Of a stretch of 64,000 bases of DNA, positions 47,289 to 57,129 are shown piece after piece. The position numbers and the translations under genes were made by a program. Origin of the DNA: an uncultured Chloroflexia bacterium (GTDB lineage: Bacteria; Chloroflexota; Limnocylindria; QHBO01). Under the pieces are notes generated by a model. That model ran no database searches. It saw nothing but the letters and a program-made list of their open reading frames with translations, and had not been told where the DNA came from. Location: assembly GCA_963825525.1 (NCBI GenBank), contig CAWGTN010000001.1:64001-128000 (forward strand), written 5' to 3'. Position 1 is the first letter of the stretch, and each line of letters opens with the position of its first letter.

Positions 47289-48583
47289 GTGTTGGCGTTC
47301 AGCGGCTGCGTGACGAACCCGACCTCCTGCGTCGCGGCACGGCGGACAAGGGGGAAGACCCCGCGCTCGTTGATCGCGCCCGGGACCTGGACGAGCGACG
47401 TCGCTCGCTGCTGGCCGAGGCCGATGCCCTCAAGGCGGAGCGCAACGAGTCGAGCCGGCGGATCGGGCAGGCCATTCGCGACGGCGCCGACCCGGGTGGC
47501 GCAGCGGTCGCGGAGCTGAAGGCGGCGTCGACCGCCGCCGGGGGACGCATCGTCGCCCTCGATGCCGAGCTTTCGGACGTGGAGGCGGCGCTCGACGACG
47601 CCATGCTGCGCATCCCCAACCCGGCCGACTCCGACGTCCCGGTGGGCGGTGAGGAGGCCAACGTCACGGTCCGCACGTGGGGCGAACCCCTGGCGGGGGA
47701 GGGACGAAGGCCGCACTGGGAGATTGCGGATGAGCTCGGCCTCATCGATCTCGTGCGCGGGGCCAAGGTCGCCGGATCTGGGTTTCCGGTGTACGTGGGT
47801 GCCGGATCGGCGCTGCAGCGTGCGCTCATCAGCTGGTTCCTGGACGTGCACACCACCGAGAACGGGATGATCGAGGTCTGGCCGCCGGCCGTCGTGAATG
47901 CCGAGAGCGCTCGCGGCACGGGCCAGATTCCGGACAAGGAGGACCAGATGTACGTCGTCACGCGCGACGACCTCTACCTGGTCCCGACCGCCGAGGTGCC
48001 GGTCACCAACCTCCACCGGGACGAGATCATCGAGCCGGCGGCGCTCCCCATTCGCTATGCCGCCTATTCGCCGTGCTTCCGCCGTGAGGCCGGTGCGGCC
48101 GGTCGGGACACGCGTGGCATCCTGAGGGTCCACCAGTTCGACAAGGTCGAGATGGTGAGCTTCGTGCGGCCCGAGGACTCCGAGGCCGAGCTGGAGTGGC
48201 TCACGGAGCGCGCGGAGATCCTCCTCCAGCGCCTGGGCCTCGCCTACCGGGTGCTCCTCATGAGCACGCGTGAAATGGGGTTCGTCCAGGCTCGCAAGTA
48301 CGATCTCGAGGTCTGGGCGCCAGGCGTCCAGCGCTGGCTCGAGGTGAGCAGCGTCAGCAACTTCCGTGACTACCAGGCGCGGCGCATGGCCATCCGGCAT
48401 CGGGCCGATGCCGGTGGCAAGCCGGAGCTCCTCCACACCCTCAACGGATCCGCCCTCGCGCTGCCGCGGACCATGGCGGCGATCATCGAGACCCACCAGC
48501 AGTCCGACGGATCGATCCTGGTCCCGGAGCCGCTCCGCGCGTATCTCGGCGGACGCGAGCGCCTGGGCCCCGCCGGCGCCTGA
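47285..48583 (+). CDS. serS: Seryl-tRNA synthetase
   Basis: N-terminal coiled coil, LVPTAEVP, CFRREAG..GRDTRG..RVHQFDKVE, SSVSNFRDYQARR, HTLNGSAL motifs. Confidence 0.97.
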   Translation: MSVGVQRLRDEPDLLRRGTADKGEDPALVDRARDLDERRRSLLAEADALKAERNESSRRIGQAIRDGADPGGAAVAELKAASTAAGGRIVALDAELSDVEAALDDAMLRIPNPADSDVPVGGEEANVTVRTWGEPLAGEGRRPHWEIADELGLIDLVRGAKVAGSGFPVYVGAGSALQRALISWFLDVHTTENGMIEVWPPAVVNAESARGTGQIPDKEDQMYVVTRDDLYLVPTAEVPVTNLHRDEIIEPAALPIRYAAYSPCFRREAGAAGRDTRGILRVHQFDKVEMVSFVRPEDSEAELEWLTERAEILLQRLGLAYRVLLMSTREMGFVQARKYDLEVWAPGVQRWLEVSSVSNFRDYQARRMAIRHRADAGGKPELLHTLNGSALALPRTMAAIIETHQQSDGSILVPEPLRAYLGGRERLGPAGA

Positions 48584-48739
48584 CTCGGAGACCGAACCCG
48601 ACCGCCAGCCGGTCCGTGGCCACAGTCTCCGTTGGCGCTTCTTGCTGCGTCGTCATGGTGTCCTCGGGCCGTGCACGATGGGGAAACGCGCGGCGGGTCG
48701 TGACCGTGAGATCACCGGTGGCGATACGATAGGTGACCC

Positions 48740-48827
48740 GGAGGGGTGGCAGAGTGGACGAATGCAGCGGTCTTGAAAACCGCCGTGGCGCAAGTCACCG
48801 TGGGTTCGAATCCCACCCCCTCCGCCA
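48740..48827 (+). tRNA. tRNA-Ser(UGA)
   Basis: GGAGGGG acceptor, GCGGT-CTTGAAA-ACCGC anticodon arm, long variable arm, GGTTCGAATCC, encoded CCA. Confidence 0.96.
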
Positions 48828-48893
48828 ACTAGTCCGAGCGTGAGGGTCGCGTCCCGCCTTTGTGGTCACGCCCATCCAGTACGTCGGCTGCGC

Positions 48894-49820
48894 TCAACTG
48901 GCGGGTTCGCCGAGCGTCAGGGCGACCTTCCCGGCGACGTCCCGATTCCGCAGCCGATCCATCGCCTCGGTGATCTCCTCCCAGGGCAGCTCGGCACCGA
49001 CCTGAGGATCGAGCTTGCGTTCGGCCACGAGCGAGGCGAGGTACCCAAGGTCGCGACCGAACGGGTCGCCACCGAAGAACAACTCGAAACCTTGGAGACG
49101 GACGAGGGCATCGTTGTAGACATCACGGACGTTGAACGTGGTCGGTTCGTCGGAGCTGTTGCCGAACATGACCAGCGTGCCTTGAGCGTCGACCATGGTC
49201 ACGAGTCGGCCGAGCGTCTCGCCCCCCACCGATTCGAGGATGAGGTCGAACCGACCCTGGAGCTTCTCGATGTCGGAGACGACGTCATCGGCACCCAGCT
49301 GGCGCAGCCCCTCCGCCCGCGCCGATCGGCTGGTGGTCAACGCCGTCACCTCGGCCCCACCGAGACGAGCCAGCTGTATGGCAAAGCGGCCGACGCCGCC
49401 CGAGGCCCCCGTCACCAGGACTCGGCGACCGAGGATCGTTGGTCCCATTCGGAGCATGCGCAGGGCAGCCAAACCGGCCGTTGGTAGCGTCGCCCCTTGG
49501 GCGAAGGAGACTCCATCAGGCAGCTCGGCGATCCATCCTTCGTGAACCGCCACCTGCTCGGCCCAGCTACCGCCCCGCCGGATGCCGAGCACCCGCGCGC
49601 CGGCTCTGAGGCCGTGCTCGACGTCGGATCGCAGGATGCCGGCGAAGTCCCATCCGGGACGCCAGCCGTCGGTAGCCGTTTCGAGCATCCGCATCTCGCC
49701 GCGATTGACCGAGAATGCACGCACGTCCACGAGAACTTCACCGGGCGCCGGCACCGGCTCGGGAACGTCCTGCAAGGCGATCCTGCCGGGAGCAGAGCTG
49801 TCAGCCACCAGTGCGCGCAT
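48894..49820 (-). CDS. Quinone oxidoreductase/zinc-binding dehydrogenase (MDR) family protein
   Basis: SVNRGE, GWDFAG, VLVTGASGGVGRFAIQLA, GKVAL motifs. Confidence 0.9.
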   Translation of the reverse strand: MRALVADSSAPGRIALQDVPEPVPAPGEVLVDVRAFSVNRGEMRMLETATDGWRPGWDFAGILRSDVEHGLRAGARVLGIRRGGSWAEQVAVHEGWIAELPDGVSFAQGATLPTAGLAALRMLRMGPTILGRRVLVTGASGGVGRFAIQLARLGGAEVTALTTSRSARAEGLRQLGADDVVSDIEKLQGRFDLILESVGGETLGRLVTMVDAQGTLVMFGNSSDEPTTFNVRDVYNDALVRLQGFELFFGGDPFGRDLGYLASLVAERKLDPQVGAELPWEEITEAMDRLRNRDVAGKVALTLGEPAS

Positions 49821-49923
49821 GGGTCAAGGCCTCCGGTCGAGTGTTCCGTCGTCCATACGATCGTACGCCCGCTCATGGAGAGCGCCGCGCCTCACTCGGC
49901 GAAGCACCCGGACACCGGGTGAC

Positions 49924-49946
49924 GTTCGAGTCCCATCCCCTTCGCC
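49924..49946 (+). repeat. Degenerate copy of the tRNA-Ser(UGA) 3' end (att-like scar)
   Basis: GTTCGAGTCCCATCCCCTTCGCC versus GTTCGAATCCCACCCCCTCCGCC at 48804-48826 (20/23 identical). Confidence 0.6.
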
Positions 49947-50157
49947 TCCCGCTCGGTGATGGGTCCTGCGTACTGCCAGGGTCCCATGCGGCGCGGTGCC
50001 CGGCGGCGTCCCTACACATCTCCGGGGAGGTAATGCCGATGTGCCGGGGAGTACCGTCCGGGACTATTGGGCCATCGTCCGTGGGGACGTCCTGTCGATA
50101 AGGTGACTCAACGCCGGCACCTGCCTGCGAACGAGCCACCTGAGGAGTCTCCCTCCC

Positions 50158-52035
50158 GTGACCATGAATCGAGCCCTCGATCGGGCACGCCGCCGCCCCG
50201 TGGTGTTCCTGCTCGTCTATGGCGCGTTCCTGGTGCTCATCGCCATCACGGCCTCGGCCCAGGCATTCATGACCTCGACTCACCTGGGCAACTCCGTGCT
50301 CGCGTCGGTGGGTGCCGCCGACCGCGCGGTCGTGGGCACGTTCGTCGAGGCGTTCCTGGAGGAGCGCGATCTGACCCCCACCGAAGCGCCCGCGGAACGC
50401 TACGAGCTCCTCGAGACGAAGCTGCGCGCGGTGTTGAACACGAGCAACTTCGAGGAGTCTTATCTCCTCAGCGTTGAGGTCGTCGATCCGAACCGTCGCG
50501 TGCTGTTCAGCTCGACCGTCGGCCGTCGCGGGACCGAGATTCCGCCCGAGTCGTTGCTCGACAAGGTGCTGGAGGGTACGCCCGACGCGGAGCTGGGCCT
50601 GGCCGCCGACAACGACTGGACCGCGGCCGAGCCGGGTCACGACGTCATCCGCGAATATCTGCCGCTCCGCTCCGTCGACGCCGATGGCAACGAATCGACC
50701 CTCGGGGCCGTACTCGTGGCGAGGGACGCGGCACCGATCATCGAGCGATTGGACCAGGCTCGTCTCGATGTCGTCCTGACCACCATCTCCGCCTCGGTGG
50801 TTGCCGCCATCCTCATGTTCTTCATCTTCCGTGGTGCGCAATCGCGCATCAGCCGCCAGACCGACGCGCTGGTCGAGGCGGCACGCCGTGACCCCGTCAC
50901 CGGGCTGCTCAATCACGGAACCCTGGTCGAAGCGTTGTCGGAGGTCCTGGTCGCCGCCAAGGCCGGAGACGGCTTGGTGGCCATCGGCCTGCTCGACCTC
51001 GACAACTTCACGCTCGTCAACGAGGTCCACGGTCACCCGGCCGGTGACGAGGTGCTCCGACGCCTGGGCACCAACCTCGAAGAGGCCATCAGCGAACCGT
51101 GGTTCGCCGGCCGATTCGGCCCCGACGAGTTCCTGGTGGTCGCTCCTGGCGCATCGGCCAGCCGACTGGAAGGCACGCTCGTCACCCTCCGTCGTGCGAT
51201 GGCGGATGACAGCGTCCAGTTCGGCGAGTCCGAGAAGCTTCCGGTGACGTTCAGCGCCGGTATCGCTGCCTTCCCGGAGCAGGCGGTCAATGCCACCGAA
51301 TTGGTGTCCTCGGCAACGCTGACCCTCGGCGAGGCTCGCTCGTCGGGAGGCGACGCCATCCGGGTCGCCGACCGCACCGCCGATGAGCGCGCCGATGCCC
51401 GTGGTTTCGACGTGCTGCACGGCCTCGTCATTGCCGTCGACAACAAGGATCGTTACACGAAGCGCCATTCCGAGGACGTTGCTCGCTACGCCACCTTCAT
51501 TGCGCGGCGGCTCGGCCTGGACGAGGAGTTCCAGAGCACCATCCGTCTGGCGGGCCTGCTGCACGACGTCGGCAAGATCGGTATCCCTGACGGCGTGCTC
51601 CGCAAGCCGGGACAGCTCACCGATTCGGAAGCCGACATCGTCAAGCAGCACGTGGCGCTTGGTGACGCCATCGTCCGCGACCTGCCGAACATCGAGATCG
51701 TGCGCGCAGGGATCCGTCACCATCATGAGCGCTGGGACGGCAATGGCTACCTGCATGGCCTTGCGTCGGATGACATTCCGCAGATCGCCCGCATCCTGTC
51801 GGTCGCCGACGTCTTCAGCGCCATGACCACGACGCGGCCGTACCGCAAGGCCCTCCCCCTGACCGAAGCCCTCAAGCGCCTGGGTGATGCGGCGGGGTCT
51901 CAGCTCGACGAGTCGCTGGTCAAGACCTTCATCGAGGGGATCGAGACGGCTCCGGACGCGCCGCTGCCGGGGCAGGATGTCCCGGCCGGGCAGCTCTGGA
52001 TCCCACCGGTCCGCACGGCACCCCAACCGGCATGA
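50158..52035 (+). CDS. Membrane sensor with GGDEF (GPDEF variant) and HD-GYP domains
   Basis: Two TMs; DPVTGLLN, DLDNF..VNEVHGH..GD, RFGPDEF; YTKRHS, LLHDVGKIGIPD, HHHERWDGNGY, RPYRKAL. Confidence 0.92.
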   Translation: MTMNRALDRARRRPVVFLLVYGAFLVLIAITASAQAFMTSTHLGNSVLASVGAADRAVVGTFVEAFLEERDLTPTEAPAERYELLETKLRAVLNTSNFEESYLLSVEVVDPNRRVLFSSTVGRRGTEIPPESLLDKVLEGTPDAELGLAADNDWTAAEPGHDVIREYLPLRSVDADGNESTLGAVLVARDAAPIIERLDQARLDVVLTTISASVVAAILMFFIFRGAQSRISRQTDALVEAARRDPVTGLLNHGTLVEALSEVLVAAKAGDGLVAIGLLDLDNFTLVNEVHGHPAGDEVLRRLGTNLEEAISEPWFAGRFGPDEFLVVAPGASASRLEGTLVTLRRAMADDSVQFGESEKLPVTFSAGIAAFPEQAVNATELVSSATLTLGEARSSGGDAIRVADRTADERADARGFDVLHGLVIAVDNKDRYTKRHSEDVARYATFIARRLGLDEEFQSTIRLAGLLHDVGKIGIPDGVLRKPGQLTDSEADIVKQHVALGDAIVRDLPNIEIVRAGIRHHHERWDGNGYLHGLASDDIPQIARILSVADVFSAMTTTRPYRKALPLTEALKRLGDAAGSQLDESLVKTFIEGIETAPDAPLPGQDVPAGQLWIPPVRTAPQPA

Positions 52036-54527
52036 GCAGCGGCGTCCGCTCGATTCGGACGGCCCGCCCGGCACCAGCGGCTGCACAGGAGACCCTGCCG
52101 CTCGATCTTCCGCGCGTGGTGTCGGTGTTCGCGGTGCTCGCCCTCGCCTTCGCGCTGTTGGTCCCTCCGACGGCATTCGCAGGCACTCGCAGCTGGTCCC
52201 TGTCGCGCACCCCCGCGTCGGTCTCGGCCGGCCCGGCTTCGGTGCAGCTCACCGCCACGAACACCGGGGATGACGGCGGGGGAGAGGCCGTGGGATGCGT
52301 GGTCATCGCCGTTCCAAGCAGTGCCTTCACGGTCACGAGCGCCAGCGTCGACCTCGTCAGCGACGGCGACTCATGGAATGCATCCTTCGCCATCGGCCCA
52401 ACGTGGACGCTGGTGTACCTCAAGTCGAACTCGGGCGGTGGGAACCGCCTGCATGCGGATCCGTCGGAGTATGTGGTGGCTTCGGTGGGCTTCACCGACA
52501 CCGGGCTGAACGGCACCTTCAGCTGGATCGGCAACGCCTACAACAAGGAAGACTGCACGGACGATTTCAACCAGCCCAAGAGCGTGTCGGTGACGATCAG
52601 CGGCGCGGCGCCGAACACGGCACCGGTCGGGGTAGCGGACGCGTACAGCATCGGCAAGAACCAGGTCCTCAGCGACTCGGCGCCGGGCATCCTCGGCAAC
52701 GACACCGATGTCGACGGTGACCCGCTGACGGCCACGCCCACCGGAGTTCAGCCCACGGCGAATGGCTCGGTCACCGTCCTGGCCGACGGTTCGTTCACGT
52801 ACACCCCGAACCCGGGATTCGCGGGTGCGGACAGCTTCGTCTACCAGGCGTTCGACGGCACCCTGGCGTCGGCTGACACGACGGTGAACATCGACGTCGT
52901 CGACGCAGCGCCGATCGGCGTCGCGGATCCCGCGTACCTTGCCACCAAGGGCACCCCACTCACCGTCGATGCACTCACCGGCGTGCTGGCGAACGACACT
53001 GACCCGGACGGTGATCCCCTCACCGCGACGCCGACCGGGGTTCGCGCGACCACGGCACTCGGCTCGGTGAACGTCGCCTCGGACGGATCGTTCGTGTACA
53101 CGCCGGCAGCCGGATTTGCCGGTGTCGACACGTTCACCTACCAGGCGTTCGACGGGAGCTCGGCCTCGCTCGATACGCTCGTCACGATCACGGTCGCCAA
53201 CACGGCTCCCGTGGCCGTCCCCGACGGCCCGTATTCGGCCGTAGAGGACACATCGCTCAGCATTGCCGCTGGCACCGGCGTCCTGGCCAACGACACTGAC
53301 CTCAACGGTGACCCGCTGACTGCTGTCCTCGTCAGCAATGCGTCGAAAGGCGCCGTGACGCTCAATGCCAATGGTTCGTTCACGTACGTGCCCAACCCCA
53401 ACGCCTTCGGCGCCGATTCGTTCACGTACCAGGCGTCCGATGGGTCGGCCACCTCGGCGGTCACCACTGCCTCCATCAACGTCTCCGCCGTCAACGATCC
53501 GCCAACGGCCGTGGCCGATGCCTACGCGACCGCGGAGGACACCCTGCTGTCCGTGGCCGCCCCGGGTGTCCTGGTCAACGACAGCGACGTGGACGGTGAC
53601 CCGATGACAGCCTTCCTGGTGGCAGGCCCGACGAAGGGAGTGCTCAACCTGGCGGCCAATGGCTCGTTCACGTATCAGCCGGCTGCCGATGCGAATGGCC
53701 TCGTCACGTTCCGCTACCGCGCAAGCGATGGCACCCTGAGCTCGGGTGAGGTGACCGTCTCGATCAATGTGACGCCGATCAACGATCCACCCGTCGCGGC
53801 GCCCGACAGCCGGACATCGCCGAATTCGACCCCTGTCGACATCGACGTGCTCGTCAATGACACCGACCCCGACGGGGATGATCTGATCGTCAGCTCCGTC
53901 TCCCAGCCGTCGGAAGGATCGGTCTCGATCGTCGGCGGCAAAGTTCGATACACGCCGCCGGGGGACTTCGTGGGGGTGACCAGCTTCAGCTACACAGTCA
54001 GCGATGGGGGGCTCGGTGACACGGCGGTGGTCACGGTGACTGTTGCCGCCCCCGTGGCTGTTCCGCCGACGCCGTCGCCGACGCCGTCGTCGAGCCCCGA
54101 ACCAACCGAGCCACCCGCAACCCCATCGCCCGCTGCGCAGCCGACGCCTCCATCCGAGCCCGTCGCTCCGCCCTCTCCGTCCGTCTCGCCGGCGCCATCG
54201 CGATCGCCATCGCCACGGCCTACGCCCAGCGCCACGCCGGAACCGCTGCCCGAAGTCCTCGCGCCGCACGATGTTGCGCAGGTGACGGCGGCCATGCCCG
54301 CAGGCGGTGGGGGAGGGTTCGACGGGTTCTCGGGTCTATTCAACGGATTCTCCGGCGGATTCGCGTTGGCCGTTCCTGCGGCCGTCCTCGGTCTACCCGG
54401 TGTCCTGTTCATGGCCGCTGTCGGGAGCCAGGTGGCGGGTGCCGCTGCCTGGATTCCAGCCGTGCGCCGTCAATTGTCGGGCTCCGGCGCGCGGCGTCGA
54501 AGACGACAACCGGCTCACGCCGACTGA
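52032..54527 (+). CDS. Surface adhesin-like protein with five cadherin/Big_9-like repeats, Pro/Ser/Thr stalk and C-terminal membrane anchor
   Basis: Repeats N(T/D)AP.AV.D.Y...L.NDTD.DGD.L...DGSFTYTP...G.DSF.Y; PTPSPTPSS stalk; hydrophobic tail then WIPAVRRQL..RRRRR. Confidence 0.88.
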   Translation: MSSGVRSIRTARPAPAAAQETLPLDLPRVVSVFAVLALAFALLVPPTAFAGTRSWSLSRTPASVSAGPASVQLTATNTGDDGGGEAVGCVVIAVPSSAFTVTSASVDLVSDGDSWNASFAIGPTWTLVYLKSNSGGGNRLHADPSEYVVASVGFTDTGLNGTFSWIGNAYNKEDCTDDFNQPKSVSVTISGAAPNTAPVGVADAYSIGKNQVLSDSAPGILGNDTDVDGDPLTATPTGVQPTANGSVTVLADGSFTYTPNPGFAGADSFVYQAFDGTLASADTTVNIDVVDAAPIGVADPAYLATKGTPLTVDALTGVLANDTDPDGDPLTATPTGVRATTALGSVNVASDGSFVYTPAAGFAGVDTFTYQAFDGSSASLDTLVTITVANTAPVAVPDGPYSAVEDTSLSIAAGTGVLANDTDLNGDPLTAVLVSNASKGAVTLNANGSFTYVPNPNAFGADSFTYQASDGSATSAVTTASINVSAVNDPPTAVADAYATAEDTLLSVAAPGVLVNDSDVDGDPMTAFLVAGPTKGVLNLAANGSFTYQPAADANGLVTFRYRASDGTLSSGEVTVSINVTPINDPPVAAPDSRTSPNSTPVDIDVLVNDTDPDGDDLIVSSVSQPSEGSVSIVGGKVRYTPPGDFVGVTSFSYTVSDGGLGDTAVVTVTVAAPVAVPPTPSPTPSSSPEPTEPPATPSPAAQPTPPSEPVAPPSPSVSPAPSRSPSPRPTPSATPEPLPEVLAPHDVAQVTAAMPAGGGGGFDGFSGLFNGFSGGFALAVPAAVLGLPGVLFMAAVGSQVAGAAAWIPAVRRQLSGSGARRRRRQPAHAD

Positions 54528-54566
54528 GTGGCCCTTCGGGGGATTCTCAAGAAAGAGGAGAAGCAC

Positions 54567-55079
54567 ATGGGATTCTGGGGAACGCGTCGTGGCGCATCAC
54601 CGAATTCAACCGTGGGGTCGTCGGCGGTCGAGCTCATCCCCGATGTCGCGCCGATCCAGGTGTTCCTGGCCGATCGGATCGTCACCGGCCACATCGCGAC
54701 CGAGGGCGAACGGATCACGGACCTGCTCGCGGAGCGACGCGGACTGCGTGTCCAGCTGGAGGACGGGACCTGGGAGCAGATCGAGGTCGATGACATTTGC
54801 CTGGTCGCACCGCCGCCGCACGCCAGCAAGCGTCGGATTCATCGATCGAAGCATCGCGTACAGCTGCTTGTCCCGCCCTACAAGGTGATGGGTGTCGTCC
54901 ACCTTCCACCCGGGACCCAGCTCGACCCGTTCGTGCTGAGGACCGGTAGGCTGGTACTCCCCGTGACGGGGGCATGGCTCCTCGGTGATGGCGATCCGTC
55001 GGTCGATCAGCAGCTCGATGTCGCCATTCTCGCGGTCCATGCCATCGAGACCGCAAAGGAGCTGCTCTACTCGCTCTGA
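54567..55079 (+). CDS. Hypothetical protein with two similar beta-rich modules (possibly DUF6812-like)
   Basis: GAGGAG RBS; IQVFLADRIVTGHI...ERITDLL and VQLLVPPYKVMGVVHLPPG...LPVTGA. Family call from memory only. Confidence 0.65.
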   Translation: MGFWGTRRGASPNSTVGSSAVELIPDVAPIQVFLADRIVTGHIATEGERITDLLAERRGLRVQLEDGTWEQIEVDDICLVAPPPHASKRRIHRSKHRVQLLVPPYKVMGVVHLPPGTQLDPFVLRTGRLVLPVTGAWLLGDGDPSVDQQLDVAILAVHAIETAKELLYSL

Positions 55080-55654
55080 TCCAGTCCCGGGACTTCGTGG
55101 TGCAAGCGGCAGCGGGCCTCATACGTCTCGTCTCCCATGCCGCCGATCACGATGAGCGGCGAGTCCGCGCTCGCCGGCTCACCGTCGATCAGGCGCTGGG
55201 TCCGCGTCGCAGGCTCGCCGCACACCATGCAGATCGCCGTCAGCTTGGTGACCTGGTCGGCGAGCGCCAAGAGTCGCGGCATCGTCCCGAACGGGACGCC
55301 TCGGAAGTCTCGGTCCAGGCCGGTCACCACGACCTGCTTGCCTCGGCGGGCGAGCTGCTCGACGGCCTCCGGGAGTCGGTCGTCAAAGAACTGCGCCTCC
55401 TCGATCGCCACGATGTCGGCATCGCCGACGGCACCCTCGATCTCGCTCGAGTCGTCCACGGTGATGGCGTGGTGCTGGGCGCCCGAGCGCGACACGACGG
55501 TCACGCGATCGGTTCGCGTGTCGAGCCGCGGCTTCACGAGCAGCACCTCACGGCCGGCGATCGAGAATCTGCGAAGCAGGCGCAGCATCTCGTCGGTCTT
55601 GCCGCAGAACATGCAGCCCGCGATGACGTGGACCCAGCCGTGCGTGTAGAACAT
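55067..55654 (-). CDS. tdk: Thymidine kinase
   Basis: GCMFCGKT, KP..DTR, IEEAQFF, GLDRDF, KLTAICMVC, YEARCRLH motifs. Confidence 0.95.
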   Translation of the reverse strand: MFYTHGWVHVIAGCMFCGKTDEMLRLLRRFSIAGREVLLVKPRLDTRTDRVTVVSRSGAQHHAITVDDSSEIEGAVGDADIVAIEEAQFFDDRLPEAVEQLARRGKQVVVTGLDRDFRGVPFGTMPRLLALADQVTKLTAICMVCGEPATRTQRLIDGEPASADSPLIVIGGMGDETYEARCRLHHEVPGLDQSE

Positions 55655-55716
55655 CGGACGTCGAGTCTACGCAGGACCGCGTGAGCTGGTCGGCTGCCGG
55701 CGCGGACCGGTGAGGG

Positions 55717-56475
55717 TCAGCCCTCGAGCGGCGCGACGATGACCGGCGCCCCCGACGGCTGCTCGACCCGCTCGGTCTCGACGGTGATCGCAAACGTGGT
55801 CGCCGTACCGAGCCCCTGGTCAAGGGCAACCAGCGCAACCCCATCGGTGTCGGTCAACATGCCGGCCGCCACAGCGTTCCCCGCGCCGTCGATCAGCCAC
55901 AGCTCGTAGAGCTGACCCGCCGCGAGCTCGGCGAGGTCGTCGGTGACGAAGTACGCGGTCTCGCCGGCCTGGAGCACCCAGCCCCGTCCGGCCTCGCCCT
56001 GGGCCGCGTAGACGGCGTCGGCCGAGGCGAAGGCGCGCAGGGCGGTATCGCGCTCGGCGAGCTGCGCGTTCAGCGTCACGCCCCATGCGCCGAGACCGAC
56101 CGCGGCAACGAGGCCCACCGCGGCGATCGCGCCCGGCAGCGGACCCCACTGCCACCAGGGGCGGTGCGGCTGCGGCGTGCGCTCGACGTACGTGGCGCGC
56201 GGGGCCGGCGTCGACATCGGTCGATGATCCTGCGGCGTGACGGCGACGGTCGCCATCAATCGCTCCCGCAACCCCTCCGACGGTGCCAGCGGTTCGAGCG
56301 ACTCCGGCATCAGCGATGCCGCGTCCATGAGCGAATGGGCATCCACGTGTGGTTCGGCGCACGAGTCGAGATGGTCGGCGACGGCTCGCTCCTCATCGGT
56401 GCCGAGCGCGCCCAATCCGAAGGCGGCGGCCAGCTCGTCGGCAGTGGCGCAGTCCATGGACGGTCGGCCGGTCAT
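55717..56475 (-). CDS. Anti-sigma factor (RskA-like)
   Basis: HLDSC N-terminal ZAS-like motif, TM helix, YELWLI and FAITVE C-terminal motifs. Confidence 0.88.
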   Translation of the reverse strand: MTGRPSMDCATADELAAAFGLGALGTDEERAVADHLDSCAEPHVDAHSLMDAASLMPESLEPLAPSEGLRERLMATVAVTPQDHRPMSTPAPRATYVERTPQPHRPWWQWGPLPGAIAAVGLVAAVGLGAWGVTLNAQLAERDTALRAFASADAVYAAQGEAGRGWVLQAGETAYFVTDDLAELAAGQLYELWLIDGAGNAVAAGMLTDTDGVALVALDQGLGTATTFAITVETERVEQPSGAPVIVAPLEG

Positions 56476-57080
56476 CGGCCGATCTCCTCGCCCATGGGTG
56501 TTTCGCTCAGCGGGAGCGGAGCCGCCGAGCTCCCCGCCAGCGCATCCCGCATCTTGGCGAGCGCCAGCCGCAACCGCCCATTGGCAGTTCCGGCCGCCAC
56601 GCCGGTCAGCTCGGCGACCTCCCGATACGTGTAGCCCTCGAAGTAGGCGAGCTCGAGGGCCCGTCGCTGCTCGTCGGGAAGCGACGCCATGGCGGCCCGC
56701 ACCTCGAGGCCCGACGTTCGCGTCAGCGCCGCGTCCTGGGTCGGATTGGGGCCGGTGCGCAGCAGCGAGCGCTCATCGGCGAGGTCCACGTCGATGCTCG
56801 CGCGGCGAGCCCGCACCTTGTCGATCGCGCGGTTGCGCACCACCGTCATGAGCCACGCGCGCAGAGATCCTCGCTCCGCGTCGAAGCGGTCGATCTTGCG
56901 CCAGACTGCAACGAAAGCGTCGTGCACCACATCCTCTGCTTCATCCCGGCTGCCGACGACACGCATCGCCGTGGCGGTTGCCGTACCCGCATAGCGGTCA
57001 TACAGCTCGCCAAGGGCGTTCATGTCGCCGGCCCGGACTCGTTCGGCCAACTGGGCGTCCACGCTACGTTCGTCGTTCAC
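56472..57080 (-). CDS. ECF sigma factor (SigK-like)
   Basis: ALGELYDRY, AEDVVHDAF..VWR, WLMTVVRNRAID, LELAYFEGYTYREVA..GT...RLR motifs. Confidence 0.93.
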   Translation of the reverse strand: MNDERSVDAQLAERVRAGDMNALGELYDRYAGTATATAMRVVGSRDEAEDVVHDAFVAVWRKIDRFDAERGSLRAWLMTVVRNRAIDKVRARRASIDVDLADERSLLRTGPNPTQDAALTRTSGLEVRAAMASLPDEQRRALELAYFEGYTYREVAELTGVAAGTANGRLRLALAKMRDALAGSSAAPLPLSETPMGEEIGR

Positions 57081-57129
57081 GTGCCGCCTGTCTCTGAAAC
57101 GGTCGGGAGCCCCCCGCACATCATCGGCC

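Noticed and set aside
49877-49950. An additional or unusual tRNA (e.g. Sec)
   Set aside because: Only a T-loop/3' end resemblance; no coherent D-arm, anticodon arm or acceptor stem, and no CCA.
50113-50130. Sigma-54 site upstream of the GGDEF/HD-GYP gene (CGGCACCTGCCTGC)
   Set aside because: The GG-to-GC spacing is 9 nt, not the required 10.
52600-54050. Nucleotide-level repeats as a mobile or diversity-generating element
   Set aside because: Explained by tandem cadherin-like domains; no reverse transcriptase and no adenine-specific variation seen.
48828-55079. Prophage or active integrative element at tRNA-Ser
   Set aside because: No integrase, phage or conjugation genes are visible.
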